Counted from the stretch's first letter, positions 23,510 to 36,944 are shown. The stretch: 64,000 nucleotides of DNA from Isurus oxyrinchus (GCA_026770705.1 JANJGN010000031.1:1116001-1180000); one strand, 5' to 3'. Translations and numbers: made by a program. The notes: generated by a model from the sequence alone, not told the origin.

Positions 23510-26500
23510 CGCGGCTCAGAGTAGCTGAAGCCAAAACTGAAAAAGTGACATCACGGGGAAGCTGTGACCTGAGTGGTTGGTAGCAAATTTGCACCAAATT
23601 TGAAAAAAAACCACAAAGCTAATTAATGAATTAATTATATAAGTCGAGATACTGGGTAGGTGATGTGCTGTAGCTGTATGAGATGGGAGCTGGCAGATCC
23701 CATTGTGAGCCGCAGTGACCACATCTGCAGCAAGTGTTGGTTGCAAGAGGAACTCTGCTTCAGAATTGATAAGATGGATTCCGAACTCTTGACGCTGTGG
23801 TACATCCGGTAGGGGCAGAGTTACCTGGACTCTTTGTTTCAGGAGGCGCTCACACCCAGTAGATTAAGTACGTCAAGTTAAGTCGGTGGTCAAAGTCTGC
23901 AGGTTGTGACTGCAAGTGAGGCAGGTAGAGGCATCCTGTGGTCAGGAACAGCGGAGGCTCAGCTCTTGACCCGTCGAACAGGTAGGAGGTACTTGCTCCC
24001 TGTATGGATGAGGAACAGTGCTGTAGGGAGAATGAGCCAGTTGACCATGACACCGTGGCACAGGAGGCCATTCCAGAGGGGGTGAGCAAAAAGACAATTG
24101 GTAGTTGTAAGGGATTCTATAATTTAGGGAATTGATAGCATTCTTTGTAAGCAAGATTGAATGTCCCGCATGGTATGTTGTCTGCCCAGTGCCAGGATGA
24201 GGGACATCTCTGAGCGGCTTGAAAGGATATTGGAGAGGGAGGTAGTGGATCCAGTTGTTGTGGTCCATGTCAGGACAAATAACGTACGTAAAACTAGGAA
24301 AGAGGACCCATTTAAGGATTATCAGGAACTACGAACTAAATTAAAGAACATGTCCTCAAGCGGTATAATCTCTGGATTACTATCCGAGCCACGTGCAAAT
24401 TGGTGTAGGGACGTGAGAATAAGGGAAGTAAATACCTGGCTGAAAGAGTGGTGCAGGAAAAAGGGGTTCAATTTGGTGGGACACTGACATAAGTATTGGA
24501 ACCGCAGGGATCTGTACCATTGGAACATTCTCCACCTGAACCGATCTGGGATCAATGTTATAGTGAAAAGTCTAAGTAGGGTGGCCAACAGGACTTTAAA
24601 CTAGAAAGTGGGGTGAATGGAAGGATAATTCTCCAAGAGGTATGACTAATGGGAAACAAAGCAGCAGGATAGCGTATGAGTGGGGGAGGGGGTGTGGATT
24701 CAACTTCATGGAAAATTATGAAAAAAGTGAAAAGGAAGGAGAGCCCAGGAGAGGCTATTAATGTCTGCAGAACACAAAAGAGGACAGAGTGTTTGGAAAG
24801 GGCTAGGAATCTAACTTCAAGCCCATCAGATAAAGGGACGATAATGAGAAAGGGGACGGGAAATGCAGGACTGAATGTGTTGCATCTGAATGCACGCAGT
24901 ATATGAAATCAGGTAAATGAGCTTGTAGCGCAGTTTGAAATTGGCACGTATGATGTAGTGCGCATCACGGAGACATGGCTGCAAGGGGATTAGGACTTGG
25001 AGCTAAATATCCAAGGATATAAATCCTATCGAAAAGATAGGCAGGTTGGCAGAGGGGGGCGGTGTTGCTTTGTTAGTAAGAAATTAAATTAAATCGATAG
25101 CAAGAAATGACATTGGGTCAGATGATGTAGAATCTGTGTGGGTAGAGTTGAGGAACCGCAGAGGGCAAAAGAAAACATAATGGGAGTTATGTACAGGCCT
25201 CCGAACAGTAGTCAGGATGTGGGGCACAAGATACACCAGGAGATAGAAAAGGTGTGTAAGAAAGGCAAGGTTACAGTGATCATGGGGGATTTCAATATGC
25301 AGGTAGACTGGGAAATTCAGGTTCGATGTGGATCCCAAGAAAAGGAATTTGTGGAATATCTACGAGATGGCTTTTTCGAGCAGCTTCTGATGGAGCCCAC
25401 TAGGGAACAGGTAATTCCAGATTTAGTGGTGTGTAACGAGGCAGATTTGATAAGGAAGCTTAAGGTGAAGGAACCCGTAGGAGGAAGTGAACATAATATG
25501 ATAGAATTTACCCTGCAATTTGAGAGGAAAAAGCTAAATCAGATGTAACGGTATTATTATTAAATGAAGGCAACTATAGAGGCACGAGGGAGGAGCTGGC
25601 CAGAATTGACTGGGAGATAAGCCTAGTGAGAAAGACAGTGGAACTGCAGCAGGAGATTCTGGGAGTAATTTGGGAGACACAACAAAAATTCATCCCTTGG
25701 AAGAAGAAGCATACTAAAGGGAGGACGAGGCAACCGTGGCTGACAAGGGAAGTCAGGGAGAGCATAAAAGGTAACGAGAAAGCATACAATGTGGCGAACA
25801 GCATTGGGAAACCATGGGATTGGGAGGCATACAAAGGTCAACAGAGGACAACTAAAAAAGAAATAAGGAGGGAGAAGATTAAATTTGAGGGTAAACTAGT
25901 GAGTAACATAAAAGAAGACTGCATGATTTTTTTTAGATATATAAAGGGTAAAGGAGAGGCAACAGTGGGCATTAGGCCACTGGAAAATGACACTGCAGGA
26001 ATAGTAGTGGGGATGAAAGAAATGGTGGAGGAACTGAATAGGTACTTTGCGTCAGTCTTCATGGTGGAAAACACAAGTAACTTCCCCAAAGTTCAAGCGC
26101 CCCGGGGTGGGGTGGGGGGTGGGGGGGGGGGCAGCTGAGTATGGTGCCATTACCAAGGAGAAGGTGCTAGGAAAACTGAAAGGTCTGAAGGTGGATATAT
26201 CACCTGGACCAGATGGATTACACCTCAGATTTCTGGATGAGACAGCTGACGAAATAGGGGTGATCCTTCGGGAATTTATAGAGTCAGGGAGGATCCCAGA
26301 GGAATGGAAAATCGCTAATGTAACCTCCCTGTTTTAAGAATGGAGTGAGGGAAAAGACGGAAAATTACAGGCCAATTAGCCTGACATTGGTCGTTGGTAA
26401 GATTTTAGAGTCCATTATTAAGGACGAGATTTCAGAATACTTGGAAGTGCATGGTAAAATCAGGCAAAGTCACCATGGTTTCATCAAGGGGAGGTGATGC

Positions 26501-27745
26501 CTGACAAATCTGTTAGAATTCTTTGGGGCGGTAACGAGTAGGTTAGACAAAGGAGAACCAATGGATGTTATCTACTTGGACTTCCAGAAGACCTTTGACA
26601 AGGTGCCACACAGGAGGCTACTCAGTAAGATAAGAGCCCATTGTGTTAGAGGCAAGGTACTAGCATGGATAAAAGATTGGCTGTCTGGCAGGAGGCAGAG
26701 AGTGGGGGTAAGGGGACCCTTCTCAGAATGGCGGCCGGTGACCGGTGGAGTTCTGCAGGGGTCAGTGTTGGAACCACAACTTTTCATTTTATATATTAAT
26801 GATCTAGCTGAAGGAACGGAGGGCATCCTGGCTAGTTTTCCAAAGATGACACAAAGATAGGTGGAGGGACAAGTAGTATTGAGGAGGCGGGGAGGCTGCA
26901 GAAGGATTTGGACAGAGTAGCAGAATAGGCAAAGAAGTGGCAGTTGGAATACAACAGGGGAAAGTGTCAGGTCATGCACTTTGGTAGGAAGAATAGAGGC
27001 ATCGACTATTTTCTAAATGGGGCGAGAATTCAGAAATCTGGAGTGCAAAGGGACTTGGGAGTCCTAGTCCAGGATTCTCTTAAGGTTAACTTGCAGGTTG
27101 AGTCCCTAGTTAGGGAAGCAAATGCAATGTTGTAATCTATTTCGAGATGGCTAGAACATAAAAACAAGGAGGTGCTGCTGAGGCTTTATAAGGCTCTGGT
27201 CAGACCACATTTAGAATATTGTGAGCAATTTTGGGCCCCGTATCTCAGGAAGGATTTGCTGGCCCTGGAGAGGATCTAGACGGTTCAGGAGAACGATCCC
27301 AAGAATGAAAGGCTTAACATATGAGGAACATTTGAGGATTCTATGGTGTTTAGAAGGATGAGGCGGAATCTGATTAAAACTTACAGAACACTGAAGTGCC
27401 TGGATAGAGTGGACGTGGGGAAGATGTTTCCATTAGTAGGAGAGACTAGGACCCGAGGGCACAGCCTCAGAGTAAAGGGAAGCCCTTTTAGAACAGAGAT
27501 GAGGAGAAACTTCTTTAGCCAGAGAGTGATGGATCTGTGGAATTCACTGCCACAGGAGACTGTGGAGGCGAGGCCATTGAGTGTATTTGAGATCGAGATA
27601 GATAGGTTGTTGATTGGTAAGGGGATCAAAGTTTATGGGCAGACAGCGGGAGAATGAGGTTCGGAAACTTATCAGCCATGATTGAATGGCGGAGCAGACT
27701 CGATGGGCCAAATGGCCTAATTTGTGCCCCTATGTCTTATGGTCC
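23510..27745 (+). mobile_element. Near full-length but mutated CR1 LINE (5'UTR, ORF1 zinc finger + SGNH esterase, ORF2 APE endonuclease + RT)
   Basis: DHICSKC region near 23720; MVCCLPSARM..PVVVVHVRTN (esterase); LHLNARSI, ITETW, YRPP, MGDFN (endonuclease); SPGPDGLH, YLDFQKTFDKVPH, QGSVL (RT); tail cctatgtcttatggtc. Many stops and frameshifts. Confidence 0.95.
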
Positions 27746-28064
27746 TTCTTTGTTGTCCCCTGGTCTTTATTTCCGTGTACGTTGCATAGTTCATAATGAG
27801 ACCGCACTATAACCTTGTCTATATGTTCATTCCCTAAAAACATCAATCGAGTTGGGTTCAAAAACAAAAAAAATCACAGCAGCTGCTACTTTATTATTCC
27901 TTAAGATTTAGAGGTAACATGGTATGGACGGAATATCATGGTGAATGACATCGGTTTAGTGAATCTGCTGAGGGAAGGAGAATTAGTTACATTTTCATAA
28001 CGCAACTAAAGCAGTATTTAGCGGCACATATGAACGTATTGAAGACAATTTGGCGGTCTTATAT

Positions 28065-28640
28065 TATTCGACCTATCTAGCTATCAATTGTCTGTCTATC
28101 TGTCTATCTATCTATCTATCTATCTATACTCCTCTTTCTTTCGTTCTTTCCATCTATCTATCAGTTCACCTGTCTGCCTATCTGTCTGTCTATCTATCTA
28201 TCTATCTATCTATCTATTTATCCTTCTGTCTGTCTGTCTGCCTATCCGTCTGTCTGTCAATCCAACTGTCTGTCTATCTATTTATCCTTCTGTCTGTCCG
28301 TTTGCCTATCTGTTTGTTTGTCTATCTATCTGACCACCTGTTTGTCTGTCTGTCTACTTATATATATAAATCTATTTACATATCTATCACTCTATATATC
28401 TGTCTGTCTATCTATCTCTTTATCCGCCTGTGAGTCTGCCTGTCTATCTGCCTGTGTGTGTTTGTGTCTGTCCATCTACCTATCTATCGACCACCCTATA
28501 CATCCATGCATCCATCTACCTATCTATCTATCTGCCCATATATTCCCTATCTACCTGCAAGTCATCTATTTATATATGGTCTATCAATAGAGCTATCTAG
28601 TATCTGTCTGTCTACCTATTTATCTACATATCTAGTTTTC
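28065..28640. repeat. Compound (TCTA/TCTG)n microsatellite
   Basis: Tetranucleotide repeats; a shorter paralogous tract at 37020-37210. Confidence 0.95.
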
Positions 28641-28691
28641 CTCTCACACAAGAGGTTCTAAACATTACAAATATTCTCCTTATTTCTCCAG

Positions 28692-29019
28692 GCGAAACAT
28701 TGACAGAAGTGATCCACCAGTGTCCAACTCTCCTGTCGATGAATAGAGGCAAGACCAGCAGGATGAATCTATTAAGAGATTGACGGCAGCAATAGCCTCA
28801 TGCTCTGGTATCGTCGTTCGGTCGGCAGGGTTTCAGCCTAATGGGTTATTCTATGAACGGAATTGCAGCCACTTATGAAGAAGACTTTGAGAAGGAAGCC
28901 AAGATTATAAGGTCCATGAGAGAATTGCATCTTAACGGCCTTCCAAGCGAATTCGGCGTTGTATCACTGCAAACAATGAGCAAAGAGCTGAACACTGCCT
29001 TGGTGCCAGTACAAAAACC
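28692..29019 (+). pseudogene. TRBV: V pseudogene (TRBV20/29-like ATYEE.FEK motif) with defective 23-RSS
   Basis: EVIHQCPTLLSMNRG.., NSLMLWYRR, FSLMGYSMNGIAATYEEDFEK, NSALYHC; frameshifts; CAAAGAG(28981) + 23 bp + ACAAAAACC. Confidence 0.88.
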
Positions 29020-30019
29020 AACCGGGTGAACGTCATAACTGATTGCAGGATAAGAGCCATGACAGCGGCAAATGTCTTCCAGCCACGCCGATTCCAATTA
29101 CTCTTTCTCACCTTCATCAAGACTGAATGAGAGGAATTAAGAGAATGTTCTAGGTTTGAGATTCCTCACTGATTCTGTCACGTGTGATGAATTCATTCAC
29201 ATTCACTGTCTCATGAGAATTAAACCGGTTTACAACTGAGCTACATAAGTAAATTAGTTGGTAACACGGCAGTGAATTGATTTAATCTGGAACGTACAAA
29301 TCTGGAGGATGATGGAATATTCTCCACTTGCCTGGTTAAGATCGGCACCCATAACACTAATGAAATGTCAACATTATCCAGAACCAAACAGCCCATTTGA
29401 TTGGCACCGCATCCACCTACCTAAAAATTTACACCCTCCACTACCAGCGCAGAGTGGCAGGAGTGCATACTAAATACAAGAAGCGCTGTAGCAAGTCAAC
29501 AAGCCTCCTAATACATTGCCATCCAAACCTTCGACTGCTAACGCCTAAACGGGCAAGGGCAGCGGGCACATGGGAGCACCACAATCTGCAAGTTCCCCTC
29601 CAAGTGACTCGCTATCCTGACATGGAATTGTGCGCCGTCCCTTCACTGATGCTGTGTGTAAAATCGGGAACTCCCTTCCGAATAGCTGTGGCGTACCAAC
29701 ATCACATGGACTGCAGCCGCTCAACAAAGTGGCTCAAAGCCGCCATTTTTCAAAGATAATGAGCGATTGGAAACAAATGCTGGACTTGCTATCGACGGTT
29801 TAATCTGAGAAAGGGATCAGGAAAATCAATGATTCGATATGAAAAAAAATTCTACATTATTTTCCTTATGGGCCAATAAGTGTCACTAATCTTGTTCGAA
29901 CATTTTGCATTTGCACCCAAGTGGAATTTTGCAGATTTTCCAATGTTGTTCGATGGTTGCTGCACGTCCTGGTAGGAAATGAACACAGCACCTTTACTTC
30001 CATTGTGAATCAAGCACAA

Positions 30020-30888
30020 TTTCTCCAAATTTATAGAGGGCACAAAGCTGGGTGGGAGGGTGAGCGGTGAGGAGGATGCAGAGATGCATCAGTGTGATTT
30101 GGACAAGCTGAGTGAGCGGGCAAATGATTGGCTGATGCAGTATAATGTGGATAAATGTGAGGTTATCCACCTTGGTGGCAAAAACAGGAAGGCAGATTAT
30201 TATCTGAATGGCTATAAATTGAGAGAGGAGAATGTGCAACGAGACCTGGGTGTCCTCATACACCAGTCGATGAAGGTATGGATGTGCAACAGGTGGTAAA
30301 GAGGGCAAATGGTATGTTGGCCTGCATAGCCAGAGGATTCGAGTACAGGAACAGCGATGCCTTGCTGCACTTGTACAGGTTCTTGTTGAGACCACACCTG
30401 GAATATTGTGTGCCGGTTTGGTCTCCTTATCTGAGGAAGGATGTATTTGCAAAAGAGGAAAGTTTTACCCGATTGAGTCCTGGGATGGCGGGACTGACAT
30501 ATGATGAGAGATTGAGTCCGTTAGGGTCGCTGGAGTTCAGAAGATTAAGTGAGGACCTCATAGAAGCCTATGAAATTCTAACAGGACTAGACAGGGTAGA
30601 TGCAGGAATTATGTTTCCGATGATGGGGAATCTAGAACCAGTGGTCACAGTTTGAGGTTATAGGGTAGACCATTTAGGACTGAGATGAGGAGAAATTTCG
30701 TCACCCAGAGAGTGGTGGGGCTGTGGAATTCGTTACCACGGAAGGTAGTTGAGGCCCAAACATTGTATATTTTCAAGATGAAGTTAGATTTTGCTTTGAG
30801 GTGAAATGGAACAAAATATATGAGGAGAAAGCGGGGGCAGTCTATTGAGTCGGATGATCAACCAAGATCATAATGAATGGGGGAGCAT
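30020..30888 (+). mobile_element. CR1 3' fragment present only in duplication unit A
   Basis: WLMQYNVDKCEVIH and LLRPHLEYCV; the flanks are contiguous in unit B near 38670. Confidence 0.9.
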
Positions 30889-31319
30889 GTAACATTCACA
30901 TTTATCATCGCATGTGTAACTCATAATTGTCTTAACTCCTCCCTATTTCTCTTTTCGGAATCAAGGGGCAATGTGCAGTCCGCAGTGTGTTATGAGGCGA
31001 ATGACTTTTCAGGAGAGAAATCTTCAAAATAACATGAGGTGTCCACGGTTCCTCAGTGGAGGTGAAGGACAGGACGTAGTGTTCTAAGAGCTGCTTTGCT
31101 ATTGGAATTTATTTTTTGAAAACTCAGTGCAGGAAGGGAATTGAGCTCATAGTCTTGCGATTGTATAGCTGAGCAGCTGCCGATGGGATATGAACATACA
31201 CAAGCTGCCGACAGAATCACCTACTTTTAACCAGGTGTCAAAAACGGGCGCCTCATGTCTAGTCCTGTCATTACATACCTTTGTATGATACTTGGACTGA
31301 TCATAGCCTGCTATCAAAC

Positions 31320-31525
31320 TTCCTTGGTTAAAACACATTTGCAAGGTTGTGTACGATTCAGGTCTCCACATACATTGGTTAGACCACACTGGTGGTGATG
31401 CACATAATTCAGGTCTCCATGTGCCTTGGTTAGATTCCAGTCGGAGTGGTGCACACAATTCATGTCTCCATCTGCCATGGCTAGATCCCATCTGGAGAAT
31501 CGTGCACAATTCCGGTCTCAATGTA
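31320..31525 (+). repeat. ~51-bp minisatellite derived from a CR1 segment
   Basis: About four units of ttggttagaccacactgg...cacaattcaggtctccatgtg; paralog at 39050-39390. Confidence 0.8.
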
Positions 31526-32503
31526 CCTATACTTAGAGCAATTTGCACAAGTGTCGGATTTTTTCTTCCCATGTTAGGCTAGATTTAGCGTAAGTTATGG
31601 TCATAACTCTCAGTAAAGACTTATAAGCTGGGTCGTTTTTCACGACCCAAGGAAAGGCCGGAGTGTGAGTAGATAAAAGTCGTTAACATTATTAGCCATT
31701 TCAGGGGATATACTTAGGGAAGGTGCTTGAACTTGTGGGACGAGGCCAGAACCTGGAGCCATAAATATAAGATCGTCAATAATAAATGCAGCAAGGAATT
31801 AAGGGATGCACCTTTACACAAACGGTGATGAAAGTGTGGAATCCGCTACCACAGGAAGTTGGTTGAGGAGAGCAGCATAGATGCAGTCAATGGGAAGGAG
31901 TGGAAAGGAAATAAAAGGAGATGCTGATAAGTGAGATAAAGAGGGTCATAGATAGCTGAATAGATCTGCCCGGCCAAATGGTCCAATTTATGTGCTCCGA
32001 TTTCTATGAGAATCCATGCAACAAACGTCAGTATCCGAAGAAATGCAACAAATTGGAAAGCGGAAATATCCTCTGGAAGGTCTTGAAAGTAAACCTCTAA
32101 TCAATTAAACTGCGGATACCCGAGGGCCTTGTGGATGGATATCATGGCCACCGGAGGGCGATGTGGAGCCATGTCAGGCTGCGTCACTCGGATTTTGATG
32201 CCAAACGTTTAAAAATTGAGGAATGGTTGTCTCTAGCTCCAGCCATCAGCTTAAGGAAGCATGGCAAGGCCTCTAGCAGGATGTAAAGGATATTCTCCAG
32301 AACAGCCCGCCTCCGAAATGACCACTGCTGACATTTGGGCCAACGAAGAAGGAAAGAAAGAGTTGCCACACCCGTCTGCAGGTTCAAGGTGTTGGAGGAG
32401 GCAACTATAAATTCCATTTCGCGCCCAGAACATGAAGGTATTAAAAAAAACACACTGCGCAGTGAATTCCCACTATAAAAAGGGGGTATTTATCTCTCCG
32501 GTA

Positions 32504-33166
32504 ATGGCTGGGGCTCAGGTCTGGGTTGTGATGCTGATGCTAACGGGTAAGCTGGAGCTGGACGCTGAGGATATAGAGAATGTCTGTGTGAATATTTAAG
32601 TGTATGTGTGTGTGCAAGTGCTTTTCGTTTTCTGCCGTTCTCAGTCACTCCCTTTCGCTCTTTCACTATTTTTTCTCCTTCCAATTCTGTTTCCCCCCTC
32701 CCCCGTCTTAATCGCTGCTTTGCCCGCTCACTCTTCTTTCTTATTTTCTCTATTATCACGCGCACCAGTGTCCTTTCATAGTGGGTATTGAGGTAGAATG
32801 TATTCCCTGGTTTCTATGCCTCTCTCACTCTCACTCTCTGATTTACAGATGTGGCGGCCGTGCTGATCCAACAGACTCCCGCTTCCAAATCCAGTTCCCC
32901 GGGCACTCCAGTCAGCATCTAGTGCCGTTACATTGACGCTGATGCGAGCACCTATTTCTACTGGTACCGATGGCATCGTGACCGTGAGCCTCAGAATTTT
33001 TTTTATTCCAACGTCGCTGGCATGGTGAGGAGGATCGGTTTCACGGCGAGGACACTCAACAACACTCGATTTTATCCGGAGTCCTCCAGCTTGCGGGAGG
33101 GTCAATCGGCCATGCATTATTGTGTCCAGAGTTTTCACTGTGAATCAGAAGAGTTCAAGAAAAACC
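32504..33166 (+). pseudogene. TRBV: TRBV30-like V pseudogene with 15-bp-spacer RSS
   Basis: TATAAAA at 32474, leader 32504-32546 (MAGAQVWVVMLMLT), V exon from 32849 with in-frame TAG before Cys23 and a CDR2 deletion, ending HYCVQSF. CACTGTG(33136) + 15 bp + AGAAAAACC. Confidence 0.92.
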
Positions 33167-34536
33167 CTAAAGTGGTCAAAATGAACTTTTAGGCGATAGA
33201 ACTCTCTTTCTGTCTGTTAGTGTTTGTGTGTCTCTCTTTGTCTCTTTATAAATTCATCTTTGTGTGTATGCATGCATGTCTGCATGTATGGATCTATCTT
33301 TTGATCTGTCTATGCATTCTGCCCCTGTAGTTTTCAGCGGGTGGTACATTATCGTTTGTTATTTTATTGACACCGATTAGTTTTGCTGTCATTACATTTT
33401 GAGTATCAAAATGTCACATGGATGTCCTTATGTTTTCTCGTTAAGTAAGCCACGATCATTTAAGAACGTATGAAGTGAAAGGTTACATACGTACCATCAT
33501 CACACTACCGGCTTTTCCAAAGATTTCTCCCCCATTTCCTTTTGAATGTTTCCATTGAAGCTGCTTCCACCCACCACCACCCGGTCAGGATCTATTCCAA
33601 AGTTAAAACATGCGCTTTGGAGGATTCTATACATCGGTCACTCTGATTCTTTTGCCAATTCCATTCAATTAGTGTCTCCTGGTAACCGACCCTTTACTAA
33701 TGGATACTGTTTCTTCATATTTCATCATCAAAACACGTCAGGGTTTTGAACACGGCTTTCAAATCTCCTCACTGCTCTAAGGGAAATAATTCTACACATA
33801 TAGGAAATAGTTCATCTTTAAACTCTTACATATATCACCCATCATTCATACTGTGCAAAGGCGGGGCATCTCTCTAGAAAACACTCCCTCTGGGACACCT
33901 GCCCGGACGGCGGTTTGAGCTCATGTTGAAGACTGTTAAAGCACCTGCCTAACAGATTCTTGCTGCCTTTTGAAGAGTTTTAAAAGCGAAGTGAAGAATT
34001 TTACCCTCAATTGTTCGCTTAGCAGACGAGAAACGAAACTGCATCGGCCTCAAACAAGGGACCATTTTGACGCTTTTGCGAGAATCATGGAGTCATACAA
34101 AACAGAGCAAGGCCATTTAGCCAATAGAATATGTTGTTTGAAAGGGGCATCCAATTAATCCCACATCATCGTCCTCTCACATCACATTTCTTCATGTTAA
34201 TCCTATTGGCACGTTCTTCTATTATTTTTCTTTCTCATGTTTTTGTCCAGCTTTCCTTTAAATGCATCTATGCTGTTCGCCTTAATCGGCTCCCCTGGTA
34301 GCAACTTCTACACTGTCCCCATAATCTGGGTAAAAGACTGATTGTGAATTCCCAACAACTTTTCTTAGTGATTACCTTATATTGATGATGGCGTGTTTAC
34401 AGCTTCCCTATTCAATTGCGCCCATTCCCTGCTCATTGCCAAATTCCCTCCTTTTAGGTTCCTCTTCAAGATTTTATCCAGTGCCCTTTTGAAACTTATG
34501 ACTGAATCTGCTTTCATCGCACTGTCAGGCAACTCA

Positions 34537-35620
34537 GGCTGCGTGGCATCAAGCATTGGGTGATGTTCAAATGGTCTTTTCGGACAGGATGCTTGTGTCC
34601 AGTGTGGTTCCACAGGGATCTGTGTTGGGTCCCTTGCTGTTTCTGGTATATACATAAACGATTTAGACTTGAATGTAGGTTGGTGGATCAGTCAGTTCAC
34701 CAATGACACGAAAATTGGTGGAGTGGGAAATACTGAGCAGGATAGCCTTAGGTTAGAACGGGATATAGACGGGCTGGTCAGATGGGCTGATCAGTGGAAA
34801 ATGGAATTTAATCCGGATAAATTTGAGGTGGTGCACTTGGGCAGGACAAACAAGGCACGGGAATATCCGATGAATGGTAGGACTCTGGAAAGTACGGAGA
34901 ATCAGAGGGACATTGGTCTGCATATCCACCTGCCCTTTAAAGTGGCGGGACAGGTAGATAAGATGGTTAAGGAGGCATATGGGAGACTTGCCTTTATTAG
35001 TCGAGGCATAGAATATAAGAGCAGGAAGGTTATGCTCCAACCGAACAAAATGCTGGTTAGGCCACAGCTAGAGTATTGCATGCAGTTCTGGAATCCGCAT
35101 TACAGGGAGGATGTAATTGCACTGGAGAGAGTGCAGAGGAGATTTACCAGGATGTTGCATGGGCTGGAGAATTTTAGTTATGGGGAGAAATTGGATAGAC
35201 TTGGGTTATTTTCTCTGGAACAGAAGAGATTGAGGGGGGACATGATTGAGGTGTAAAAAATTATGAGGGACATTGATAGGGTAGACAAGGAGGAACGTTT
35301 CCCCTTGGTGGAGGGATCAATAGCTAGGGTGCATAGGGTTAAGGTAAGGGGCAGGAGGTTAAAGGGGATGAGAGGAAGAATGTTTTCACTCAGAGTCTGG
35401 TGGGAATCTGGTACTCACTAGCTGAAAGGGTGGTAGAGGCAGAAACACTCCTAAAATTAAAGAAATATATGGATGTGCATCTCGATGCCATGGCATACAA
35501 AGCTATGGGCCTAGTACTGGATAATGGGAATAGATTAGCTAGGTACCTGTTTGAGCGGCGCACATTCGATGGGCCGAAGGGCCTTTTTTCTGCGCTATCG
35601 ATCTCCATGACCCTATGACA
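34537..35620 (+). mobile_element. CR1 3' fragment present only in duplication unit A
   Basis: ORF 34669..35256 (195 aa, RT C-terminal part); absent at the equivalent sites near 42400 and 45190. Confidence 0.92.
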
Positions 35621-36093
35621 CTTTGGCAATAATTTAAACAGATTCTCCTGATCTAACCCTTCGGTAACTTTGCCAATGCACTTCAATCTGCGATCTCTGC
35701 AAAAACTTATGTGCCTGATTAGCCGCGCCTGGAAACAATCAGTACAAAAAAAAACAAATACTAGTATGCTGGAAATCTGAAATCAAAACAGAAACCATTG
35801 CAAATACTCAACAGGCCGGGCAACATCTGTGAAGAGAAACAAATGAACGTGTCAGGTCAGACGATGCCAGAACTATGCAGTATTTCTTGCATATTCTCAC
35901 ACTCAGGAAATGACAAGTCTCGTTTTGGGAGCCAATGAAACAGAAGAGCAAATTTGCCCCTCCCATCCGGCTATTGAACATCTGGGACATGGAGACAACG
36001 AATCCCACCCAGTGCTCAGAACTTCAGATATTCTACAATAAACCGGCGCACTGATTTCACACAGTAAATATACGGACCTTTCACCATCCGGAG

Positions 36094-36944
36094 ATGGTGT
36101 CTCAGCTCTTGTTCCTGTTTTTAGTCTTACCGGGTAAGGTGACGATGAACGGCGAGGTATCAATGACCTTCACTGTCATTGTCGTATGTATCCCTTTGAA
36201 GATAAAGTCCCCCTCATTGCCCCACCCGAGCCCCACACCCACCCGGGGTTCATTCATAAAGATGCAGAATCTCTGCATATCCTTAGATGCCAATGTCTGT
36301 CTGTCACTGTCCGTCACTGTCTCTTTTTCTCCCCTTCTTTCTATTTCTCTCAACGAGTTCTCGCTCTGTGCTCATATCGGTTTACGTTGCTCTCTTTCTC
36401 CCTCTCTCTCCATTTCTTTTTGTTCTTGGTTTTTCAACTCTTTGTGTTTCTCCCTTTGCCTGTCTCTGTCCCTCTCATTATCTCTCTCTGCCTTCGTTTC
36501 TCGCACTTTATCTTTCTATAAATTGTTTCATCTCTCTCTCTCTCTCTCTCTCATTCATGCCACCCCATCATTCACGCTAACCTCTTGTGCCATTTCAAGA
36601 AGTGACAAAATTAACATCTCTGTCTTTTCACAGTCGGTTTTACAGATATGGCGTCCGTGCTGATCCAACAGACTCCAGCTTACATTACCGGTTCCCCGGG
36701 CACTCCAGTCAGCATCGAGTGCATTTACACAAAAGCCAGTGTTAGCAGCTATTTCTACTGGTACCGATGGTACCCTGACCGTGAGCCTCGAAATCTTTTC
36801 TATTCCACCATCGCTGGCACGGTCATTCCCTCCGGTGAGGTGGACGGTTTCAACGCGACAAGACCCGACAACACCCGTTTCTATCTGGAATCCTCCGGCT
36901 TGCGGGTGAATCACTCGGCTATGTATTATTGTGCCTGGAGTAAA
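36094..36944 (+). CDS. TRBV: Apparently functional TCR beta V gene segment, TRBV30-like (leader 36094-36133, V exon 36634 or 36646 to 36944)
   Basis: Leader MVSQLLFLFLVLP + GTAAGG. Open frame VLIQQTPAYITGSPGTPVSIECIYTKASVSSYFYWYRWYPDREPRNLFYSTIAG...NHSAMYYCAWS; 23-RSS follows. Confidence 0.93.

Noticed and set aside
36094-36663. 189-aa ORF reading from the leader through the intron (similar ORFs at 43098 and 45857)
   Set aside because: CT-rich introns lack stops by composition; canonical GT and AG sites define the real structure.
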